A DNA stretch of 5,638 nt from a virus. Its lineage: Duplodnaviria; Heunggongvirae; Uroviricota; Caudoviricetes. How positions within the stretch are numbered: position 1 is the stretch's first letter; every line of letters starts with the position of its first letter. The translations under genes were made by a program, and so were the position numbers. The notes under the pieces were generated by a model, which saw only the letters and a program-made list of their open reading frames with translations, was not told the origin of the DNA and ran no database searches. Positions 1 to 5,002 of the stretch are shown here, piece after piece. The stretch is from IMG/VR virus record IMGVR_UViG_2639762987_000001, one strand, 5' to 3'.

Positions 1-141
1 CATAAAACGCTGCATACGGGCAGAAGACCGTTCTGCATCGCTGGCTGCACCATTCAGAAGGTTTTTGATACGGGGGATTTCATTTTTAAACTCTGCCGCA
101 TCAATCCCCAAATCAATGACCAGGTTGGCTATCTGGTCCAT
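1..141 (-). CDS. H: Tail tape measure protein, N-terminal fragment (lambda gpH-like); continues beyond the window start
   Basis: Minus-strand frame is open from ATG (plus 139-141 = cat) to base 1. Hand translation gives MDQIANLVIDLGIDAAEFKNEIPRIKNLLNGAASDAERSSARMQRF..., which aligns with the lambda gpH N-terminus as I recall it (..DLVVDLSLDAARFDEQMARVRRHFSGTESDAKK..). Strong SD GGAGGTG (plus 148-154) lies about 6 nt upstream. Start overlaps the end of the T frame by 29 nt. Position directly after G/T matches the conserved tail gene order. Not in the ORF track because it is short within the window. Confidence 0.75.
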   Translation of the reverse strand, partial: MDQIANLVIDLGIDAAEFKNEIPRIKNLLNGAASDAERSSARMQRFM

Positions 142-475
142 AACGCACACCTCCGGAAATACCTTCCCCAAGATGCATCAGTTCTTCGTCCGTTCGCTCC
201 GGTATCCCGTTCTCTTCCGGTAAAAGGCTGAAATCAGCCACCGCAGCATCACTGCTGCCGGACACCATTCTCACGATCAATGCCTTCAGCGAGGCAAACT
301 GCGCATCCATCCACACATCACTGAAGCTCTGCATCCGGAAATAATCGCCCCACTCACCAAGCTCAGTGGCCGACATTTCCGACAGCATCCGCCGCCAGTC
401 TGCCCGCCGGAACTCCCGGGCAAGCCGCATGACAAACTGCATTTCCCGCGTCAGGACTTTTCCGGCGTCAGCGCC
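113..475 (-). CDS. T: Tail assembly chaperone T domain; predicted to be expressed only as a G-T fusion by -1 ribosomal frameshift from the G frame
   Basis: ORF-track ORF 113..442 (109 aa). I translated its frame further upstream: it is open back to a stop at 476-478, so it overlaps the 3' end of G in the -1 frame. Slippery site G_GAA_AAG lies in the overlap. Stop TGA at 113-115. Assignment rests on position, frame relationship and conserved G/GT architecture, not on recognised T sequence. Confidence 0.7.
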   Translation of the reverse strand, partial: GADAGKVLTREMQFVMRLAREFRRADWRRMLSEMSATELGEWGDYFRMQSFSDVWMDAQFASLKALIVRMVSGSSDAAVADFSLLPEENGIPERTDEELMHLGEGISGGVRYGPDSQPGH

Positions 476-840
476 TCATGCTCATCATCCCCGGCATTAT
501 CAATGGCCCCCATACCGCTCAGCGACAGAACCATCTCCGCCCCCGCACCCAGGGCATCATACGACCATGTTGTAATAACGGATGCGCAAAGCGTCTCAAC
601 ATCCTGAGACTGTTCCGCATTCCACAGTGAGCGGGAAACCAGCCAGGCATTGATATCCATCCCCATCCGCAGAAAAGCAATCTGTCGTTCAGCCTCCGGC
701 AGTTCTCCCTCTTCGGCATCAAACTTTGCCGTTCGCTGCTGAACAAACGCCAGATATTCAATTCTCTGCAGCCCGGACAGCTCACTGAGCACCACGGACT
801 GCTTTTCATAATTAAACGTGCCCTGTTTCAGAAACATCAT
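451..840 (-). CDS. G: Tail assembly chaperone (lambda gpG-like)
   Basis: Translation MMFLKQGTFNYEKQSVVLSELSGLQRIEYLAF... aligns with lambda gpG N-terminus (MFLKTESFEHNGVTVTLSELSALQRIEHLA) from memory. Tandem ATG at 840/837 is preceded by SD GGTGGAG (plus 841-850 = gttctccacc). The ORF-track start at 879 is a TTG (plus 877-879 = caa) upstream of the terminator hairpin and is rejected. Stop TGA at 451-453. Confidence 0.88.
   Translation of the reverse strand: MMFLKQGTFNYEKQSVVLSELSGLQRIEYLAFVQQRTAKFDAEEGELPEAERQIAFLRMGMDINAWLVSRSLWNAEQSQDVETLCASVITTWSYDALGAGAEMVLSLSGMGAIDNAGDDEHEALTPEKS
457..463 (-). promoter_or_regulatory. Candidate -1 programmed frameshift (slippery) site G_GAA_AAG for G-T fusion synthesis
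   Basis: Minus-strand heptamer GGAAAAG (plus 457-463 = cttttcc) sits 2 codons before the G stop and inside the only window (451-475) where G and T frames are both open. It is one base different from the lambda G-T site G_GGA_AAG as I recall it. The A-site A_AAG to AAA slip is preserved; the P-site GAA to GGA re-pairing is imperfect. Confidence 0.55.
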
Positions 841-853
841 GTTCTCCACCTGC

Positions 854-877
854 AAAAAAGCCCCGGATAACCGGGGC
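854..877 (-). terminator. Intrinsic (rho-independent) terminator-like hairpin between V and G
   Basis: Plus 860-866 gccccgg / 871-877 ccggggc form a perfect 7-bp all-GC stem with loop ataa; plus A6 run 854-859 becomes a U6 tract immediately 3' of the hairpin on the minus-strand transcript. Lies in the 57-nt V-G intergenic space, upstream of the G SD. Confidence 0.7.
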
Positions 878-897
878 AAATGATGAGTATCGTCCTG

Positions 898-1641
898 TTA
901 ACCTGCGGCGCTGACAGCCACCGCAGCCACTGCCACAAAATCGCCGTCAGAAGTCATGCCCACAATGCTGACACTGCCCTGCTTCACGCCTTTCACCGTG
1001 GCCACAAGCCCGTTCAGGGTCACCGTGGCAGTCTGTGGATCTGTCGAATGCACACTGATCGCTTTGTCACTGGCTCCGTCAGGTTTTACTGTAAAGGTCA
1101 GCGTGGTGGTTGCTCCCACTTTTACACTGGCAGATGCCGGTGCCACCGTCAGCCCGGTAACGCTCACTGTTTCAGTGCCTTCCTCTGCCAGATACGGACG
1201 CCCCACACCGCTGATTTTCACTGTGCGGGTCATCACGTCTTTTGAGGCAATGGTTTTACCCAGTGAGCTCAGCCAGCCACGGAAAACATCAACAGTGCCG
1301 TTGGGATATTTGATACGAAACGCGCAGACTTCACCGGAGTCGAACAACTGAACCAGTTTTTTCTGCCCGCTGTCACCCGGACGCCAGGCCAGCGTCGCCG
1401 AAGTATCACCGACGGATTTCTGCCCCTGGGTTGTCGTTTTCCAGTCTGCATCTTCATCATCGAGATAAGAGTCATCTTCTGCATCAGCGGTCATTTCGCC
1501 AGGTTGCAGATCCTTCACCATCGCAAGACGCAGCCAGTCAGTGTCCGATAAAGGGTTCGCAAACGCATCGCCCTTGCCGGTGTACATCCAGAACGTCGTT
1601 CCCGCACCTTTCGTTTTTGCCAGTGGATTTGGTGTGGTCAT
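898..1641 (-). CDS. V: Major tail protein (lambda gpV-like) with C-terminal Ig-like domain
   Basis: Translation MTTPNPLAKTKGAGTTFWMYTGKGDAFANPLSDTDWLRLAMVKDL...SYLDDEDADW...YPNGTVDVFRGW... aligns along its length with lambda gpV ([45 protein letters not shown]...SYLDDEDADW...FPNGTVDVFRGW) from memory. ATG at 1641 (plus 1639-1641 = cat) is preceded by SD AAGGAGGTG (plus 1645-1653). The ORF-track start at 1647 is GTG (plus 1645-1647 = cac) inside the SD. Stop TAA at 898-900. Confidence 0.95.
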   Translation of the reverse strand: MTTPNPLAKTKGAGTTFWMYTGKGDAFANPLSDTDWLRLAMVKDLQPGEMTADAEDDSYLDDEDADWKTTTQGQKSVGDTSATLAWRPGDSGQKKLVQLFDSGEVCAFRIKYPNGTVDVFRGWLSSLGKTIASKDVMTRTVKISGVGRPYLAEEGTETVSVTGLTVAPASASVKVGATTTLTFTVKPDGASDKAISVHSTDPQTATVTLNGLVATVKGVKQGSVSIVGMTSDGDFVAVAAVAVSAAG

Positions 1642-1652
1642 TGCCACCTCCT

Positions 1653-2054
1653 TTAATTCGTGTACGTGATCTGGTACGTGATTTCCGCCATCGCCCAGGT
1701 GGCCATCTCATTATCACGTTGATAGTTAAAACCGAGAGGGATCAGGGTGTCGATGAGTCCGGAAAGTGCCGGTATATCATTCAGGGCCGGGAAAATGGTG
1801 CTCTCCATCCACATATCCAGCTCTGAATCCGGTGCCTGTGCCCGGATGAAGACAGCAATATGCAGAACAGCCTGCCAGTCATCTTCATCCGTCATTTTTC
1901 CGGTGTACTGAGCATCACTCAGCCACACCGCCACGGCAGGCAGTTCCTGCGCATCAATAAATGCCGGAAGCCCGTCAAAAAACGTGGCGCTGTCTCCACA
2001 CTGTTCCCGAAGGCGTGCCAGTACGGCCTGGCGGATTTGTGTATGTCGGTTCAT
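1653..2054 (-). CDS. U: Tail terminator protein (lambda gpU-like)
   Basis: Translation MNRHTQIRQAVLARLREQCGDSATFFDGLPAFIDAQELPAVAVWLSDAQYTGK...PDSELDMWMEST...ITYQITY aligns with lambda gpU (MKHTELRAAVLDALEKHDTGATFFDGRPAVFDEADFPAVAVYLTGAEYTGE...PDSELDAWMESR...LTYVITYEM) from memory. Start at 2054 overlaps the Z stop as ATGA (coupling). In-frame ATG at 2066 with a GAGG 2-3 nt upstream is an alternative start. Stop TAA at 1653-1655. Confidence 0.9.
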   Translation of the reverse strand: MNRHTQIRQAVLARLREQCGDSATFFDGLPAFIDAQELPAVAVWLSDAQYTGKMTDEDDWQAVLHIAVFIRAQAPDSELDMWMESTIFPALNDIPALSGLIDTLIPLGFNYQRDNEMATWAMAEITYQITYTN

Positions 2055-2413
2055 CGGGTCAGCCATAACCTCAGTTGTTGTTTCAGTGCATACCCCAGCT
2101 GTTTCGGCATTTCCGCAGCAATAATGCGGTCGCGGGCATCTTCAAATGCCTGTGTCAGCGGTCCGGACAGCGGGACTTTCACNNNNNNNNNNNNNNNNNN
2201 NNNNNNNNNNNNNNNNNNNNNNNNNNNNNNNNNNNNNNNNNNNNNNNNNNNNNNNNNNGCGGGCAGATTGCCCCGGTTAACGCGGATCCTGGCCGTCATT
2301 TTTCCTGACGGACTGGCTTTAAACACCCGGACACGCTGACGTACCAGTTTCAGGGGGATCCCTTTCACCTGGTTATCTCCCGCAACGGTATTCCCGGCAA
2401 CCTGCCGGGTGGC
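2051..2413 (-). CDS. Z: Tail completion / head-tail connector protein (lambda gpZ-like); interrupted by N-run 2183-2258 and with its 5' end in or beyond N-run 2414-2484
   Basis: Segment 2259-2413 translates to ...KMTARIRVNRGNLP and segment 2051-2182 to VKVPLSGPLTQAFEDARDRIIAAEMPKQLGYALKQQLRLWLTR. These match lambda gpZ motifs (..ARIKVNRGDLP.. and ..VKIPMAVPLTTAFKQNIERIRRERLPKELGYALQHQLRMVIKR) from memory. Both segments are in the same coordinate frame. Stop TGA at 2051-2053. The ORF-track extension up to 2599 (MLCPDLRS...) is not Z-like and is treated as an artefact of reading through Ns. Confidence 0.85.
   Translation of the reverse strand, partial: ATRQVAGNTVAGDNQVKGIPLKLVRQRVRVFKASPSGKMTARIRVNRGNLPXXXXXXXXXXXXXXXXXXXXXXXXXXVKVPLSGPLTQAFEDARDRIIAAEMPKQLGYALKQQLRLWLTR
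2183..2258. other. Run of 76 ambiguous bases (N) inside the Z-like gene
   Basis: Directly visible in the sequence. True content and true length are unknown. Confidence 1.
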
Positions 2414-2484
2414 NNNNNNNNNNNNNNNNNNNNNNNNNNNNNNNNNNNNNNNNNNNNNNNNNNNNNNNNNNNNNNNNNNNNNNN
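2414..2484. other. Run of 71 ambiguous bases (N) covering the FII 3' end and Z 5' end
   Basis: Directly visible in the sequence. The FII stop and Z start must lie inside or be distorted by this run. Confidence 1.
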
Positions 2485-2726
2485 CGTTCATGCCGTGTGA
2501 CCGTCCATTGTTGTCCGTCATAAACAACGCGATCCCCGCGCCGTGGGCGGTATCCCGAAGAAAACACCACCAGAGAGACCGCAGGTCCGGACAGAGCATT
2601 CAGCTCTGCCAGTGTTTCTCCCGGGATCACAGTCATATCGACATCATTAATCGAGGCTGTCTTTCCCATCTTTCTGACCGTGATCGCATCCATACGCGCT
2701 GCCAGCCGGGAAAAGGGATCAGACAT
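2485..2726 (-). CDS. FII: Head-tail joining protein (lambda gpFII-like); 3' end lost in N-run
   Basis: Translation MSDPFSRLAARMDAITVRKMGKTASI...RRGDRVVYDGQQWTVTRHE aligns with lambda gpFII (MADFDNLFDAAIARADETIRGYMGTSATI...RRGDTLTIGEENFWVDRV) from memory. ATG at 2726 (plus 2724-2726 = cat) overlaps the stop of the upstream gene as ATGTCTGA. The ORF-track continuation through the Ns to 2373 would overlap conserved Z coding sequence and is not trusted. Confidence 0.8.
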
Positions 2727-3042
2727 TGAGTTTTACCGGCACTTCTTCTGCACTGGTTCCGGCATCTGCCCAGACAACCCCGACCAGCGGATCAGAGCCG
2801 CTGTTAGTCAGCTGAACTTTTCCGGACTTCAGATAAACCTTCTTACCCGTTTTCATGTCATCCGTTTTCAGCTTAGGCAGCATAAACACACCTTCGGTCA
2901 TGCCGTCGCCTGTTTCACCCTGTGGAATATCGGTCAGCGCCACCGCAAAAACATCACCCACCTGCACCAGCTCTCCGCTGCTGATGGCTGCACTGGCAAC
3001 AATCGCCACCGTTTTTCCTTCTTCTACAAAATTCTTTGCCAT
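2719..3042 (-). CDS. Small phage structural-module protein, DUF2190-like (function unknown; candidate head decoration or accessory protein)
   Basis: 107-codon ORF MAKNFVEEGKTVAIVASAAISSGELVQVGDVFAVALTDIPQGETGDGMTEGVFMLPKLK...KVYLKSGKVQLTN...LVGVVWADAGTSAEEVPVKLNV. The small, Gly/Val/Ala-rich pattern resembles DUF2190-family phage proteins as I remember them; this is a recollection, not a search. ATG at 3042 has SD GGAG (plus 3049-3052 = ctcc) 6 nt upstream. The ORF-track start at 3087 lies within the terminator hairpin and is rejected. Stop TGA at 2719-2721. Confidence 0.8.
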   Translation of the reverse strand: MAKNFVEEGKTVAIVASAAISSGELVQVGDVFAVALTDIPQGETGDGMTEGVFMLPKLKTDDMKTGKKVYLKSGKVQLTNSGSDPLVGVVWADAGTSAEEVPVKLNV

Positions 3043-3055
3043 AACTGTCTCCGCA

Positions 3056-3074
3056 CAGCCCCGTTCAGGGGCTG
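3056..3074 (-). other. Stable hairpin immediately upstream of the DUF2190-gene ribosome binding site
   Basis: Plus 3056-3062 cagcccc / 3068-3074 ggggctg form a perfect 7-bp stem with loop gttca. No U-tract follows it on the minus-strand transcript, so it is not a canonical terminator. Confidence 0.5.
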
Positions 3075-3085
3075 ATTTCAGGTAC

Positions 3086-3104
3086 AAAAAAAGCCCTTAC
3101 GGGC
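3086..3104 (-). terminator. Intrinsic terminator-like element after the major capsid gene
   Basis: On the minus-strand RNA: GCCC-GUAA-GGGC (plus 3093-3104; GNRA-type tetraloop, 4-5 bp GC stem) followed immediately by U7 (plus A-run 3086-3092). It is 25 nt downstream of the capsid stop. The stem is short, so likely weak or partial. Confidence 0.45.
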
Positions 3105-3128
3105 CATCAGAGTTGTTGTCTGCGACGT

Positions 3129-4148
3129 TTACGCCGTACATTTCACCAGACCGCGGTGATCAACTGGCGCGACACCGGCGTCAATACGCACTTTCGTTGT
3201 CACGCCATCCACACTGAAGCCCTCCATCTGATCAATATATGGCGTATCCACACCGTTGAGATAAGCCACTTCAATCGTATCGGAGCCTTTTGACGCAGCC
3301 AGGTAGAAGGTGGTCTGGCTGTTATCATCAAGACGAGGCTCTGCAATAACGGTCGCAAAATCTTTCACCGGGTTAATAATACCGGCGTTAATGTCAGCCC
3401 CCTTGACACTTGAGGAGCGAATGACCTGGTTAGCAACAGACTCCATCGCCGTCGGTACCAGTACGAACGCAGGACGAATATTCAGATGACGCTCCCCCTC
3501 TTTCTGAACGCGCATCAACTGGCGGGCTTTATCCAGCGATGCCACGTCCATTGCAGCGCTCTCCAGTACGTTTGCATGTTTCGCTTTATCGAACAGACTT
3601 ACATTATCTGTGGAGATTTTCGGGTTAGACGTCAGAATGGCATAAACCAGATCGGCAATAGTGGATTTCGCCGCACGGCCCAGTTTCATCGGGACATCGG
3701 TCAGCATATTCAGATCATCATTGATAATGGCCTGACGGGTGATACTGAACAGCTCGCCATAGGTCGCCAGTGCAATAGTGGCCTGTTTATCTCCGGTGGT
3801 GACGTATTTATATTCCGCCCCTTCACGCACCTGACGCAGAGCACTGAAGCCCCCCATACCCACACGATGGGCAATTTTAAAATCAGACAACTGACCTTTC
3901 CGCGTCCATTGTTCATAGGTTTCAGGAGCATCTTCCCAGCCCTGCAGAATGGCTTTGTTCGCAACATCCAGCAGAATATTACCGAAGTCAGACGTACTGT
4001 GGGTGAACGCCGCACCGACCATCTGCATCGGGTTATAACCGGAAACCCCAATACCCCGTTCAGTCAGTGACATACGGGCATATTCACGCAGGGTCATCCC
4101 GTTGTAGACATTATCACGTTCGGTTTTTTCAAATCCGGCACGCGCCAT
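3129..4148 (-). CDS. Major capsid protein (HK97-fold type; not lambda gpE-like)
   Basis: Long ORF, MARAGFEKTERDNVYNGMTLREYARMSLTERGIGVSGYNPMQMVGAAF...ending ...VDHRGLVKCTA. It sits immediately downstream of the prohead protease gene and is followed by a terminator, the usual position and context of the major capsid gene. Start ATG at 4148 (plus 4146-4148 = cat) is the first ATG downstream of the protease stop but has only a weak SD. The true N-terminus could lie in N-run 4191-4217; the ORF-track start at 4253 (MICLPCLAGVIR + Xs) reads through Ns and is rejected. Stop TAA at 3129-3131. Confidence 0.88.
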   Translation of the reverse strand: MARAGFEKTERDNVYNGMTLREYARMSLTERGIGVSGYNPMQMVGAAFTHSTSDFGNILLDVANKAILQGWEDAPETYEQWTRKGQLSDFKIAHRVGMGGFSALRQVREGAEYKYVTTGDKQATIALATYGELFSITRQAIINDDLNMLTDVPMKLGRAAKSTIADLVYAILTSNPKISTDNVSLFDKAKHANVLESAAMDVASLDKARQLMRVQKEGERHLNIRPAFVLVPTAMESVANQVIRSSSVKGADINAGIINPVKDFATVIAEPRLDDNSQTTFYLAASKGSDTIEVAYLNGVDTPYIDQMEGFSVDGVTTKVRIDAGVAPVDHRGLVKCTA

Positions 4149-4185
4149 CAGCGCCTGGCGGATCCCGTCCCCCACAAAATTACCG

Positions 4186-4989
4186 TTACCNNNNNNNNNN
4201 NNNNNNNNNNNNNNNNNTCTGATAACGCCCGCCAAACATGGCAAACAGATCATTAATACCGTTTACACGCGCTTTTTGCTCTGCCAGTACCTGCGCACGG
4301 ATACTGTTTTCATCCACCACGGGTGCTGCTGCCTGCACTGGCGTCCGGGAGGCTGCAGGTTCATCATCCTGTACGCGTGGAGCACTGTTGCGTGGCGGAG
4401 TAATCATGTTTCGAATGGATTCCGGCATCTTTTTAAATTCCTCTGTACGTTTTGACTGAATACATGCCATTGCCTTAACGGCTGGCGTCACCTGATCAGC
4501 AAATCCATGTGCCAGACATTCGGCACCGGACATCCAGGTCTCATCCGCCAGCATGGCAGCAATTTCATCGGTGGTTTTCCCGGTTTTCTGTGCATAAGCG
4601 GGTAACAGAACCGCCTCAACCTTATCGAGCAGGTCGGCATAGGTGCGCATGTCCTCCGCATCACCGCCCGTAAAGCCAAATGGTTTATGAATCATCATGA
4701 AAGTGTTTTCCGGCATAATGACCGGGTTTCCCACCATCGCAATGACCGACGCCATTGACGCCGCCACACCGTCGACATAAACGGTAATGGACGCACCATG
4801 TGTTTTCAGCGCATTAAAAATGGCGATGCCTTCAAAGACATCGCCACCCGGTGAATTAATATGGAGATTAATGTGGGTGATATCGCCCAGTGCATTCAGA
4901 TCACTGATAAACTGCTTCGCTGTAACACCCCAGAAACCAATCTCGTCATAAATATAAATATCCGCGTCACTCTGGTGACCAGCCTGCAT
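4186..4989 (-). CDS. Prohead (head maturation) protease, ClpP / S14-like, with a C-terminal extension of about 90 residues (possible scaffold region)
   Basis: Translation from ATG 4989 (plus 4987-4989 = cat): MQAGHQSDADIYIYDEIGFWGVTAKQFISDLNALGD...INSPGGDVFEGIAIFNALK...ASMASVIAMVG...MIHKP... is the typical ClpP-like phage prohead protease core. It starts 14 nt after the portal stop. The ORF-track start at 5250 overlaps the portal gene in another frame and is rejected. The apparent stop TAA at 4186-4188 depends on reading through the N-run. Confidence 0.88.
   Translation of the reverse strand: MQAGHQSDADIYIYDEIGFWGVTAKQFISDLNALGDITHINLHINSPGGDVFEGIAIFNALKTHGASITVYVDGVAASMASVIAMVGNPVIMPENTFMMIHKPFGFTGGDAEDMRTYADLLDKVEAVLLPAYAQKTGKTTDEIAAMLADETWMSGAECLAHGFADQVTPAVKAMACIQSKRTEEFKKMPESIRNMITPPRNSAPRVQDDEPAASRTPVQAAAPVVDENSIRAQVLAEQKARVNGINDLFAMFGGRYQXXXXXXXXXX
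4191..4217. other. Run of 27 ambiguous bases (N) at the protease/capsid junction
   Basis: Directly visible. The last 10 codons of the protease ORF are made up of these Ns, so its stop position is not established. Confidence 1.
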
Positions 4990-5002
4990 CCTGAACCAGG
5001 AA

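Noticed and set aside
519-809. Minus-strand ORF 519..809 (96 aa) inside the G gene in another frame
   Set aside because: Alternative-frame shadow of the G-like gene; Cys/Arg/Trp-rich translation with no recognisable similarity.
841-879. G ORF start at 879 and V ORF start at 1647 as given by the ORF track
   Set aside because: Plus 877-879 is caa (a TTG start) and plus 1645-1647 is cac (a GTG start), showing the track accepts non-ATG starts. ATG codons with good SD sequences lie just downstream (840 and 1641), and the 879 start would sit upstream of the terminator hairpin.
1269-1484. Minus-strand ORF 1269..1484 (71 aa) inside the V gene
   Set aside because: Alternative frame within the well-supported major tail protein gene.
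2485-2599. Z-frame extension upstream of the N-run (MLCPDLRSLWWCFLRDTAHG...) and FII-frame continuation downstream to 2373 (HPAGCREYRCGR)
   Set aside because: Both are produced by translating across Ns. The first is not Z-like and overlaps FII; the second would overlap conserved Z coding sequence. Real boundaries are inside the masked interval.
3710-4051. Minus-strand ORF 3710..4051 (113 aa) inside the capsid gene
   Set aside because: Alternative frame within the major capsid gene; Cys/Trp/Arg-rich translation.
4149-4253. Capsid ORF start at 4253 (MICLPCLAGVIR followed by Xs)
   Set aside because: It reads through the 27-nt N-run and overlaps the protease 3' end. The first ATG after the protease stop (4148) is the conservative start; the true start may be hidden in the Ns.
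4488-4679. Minus-strand ORF 4488..4679 (63 aa) inside the protease gene
   Set aside because: Alternative frame within the ClpP-like protease gene.
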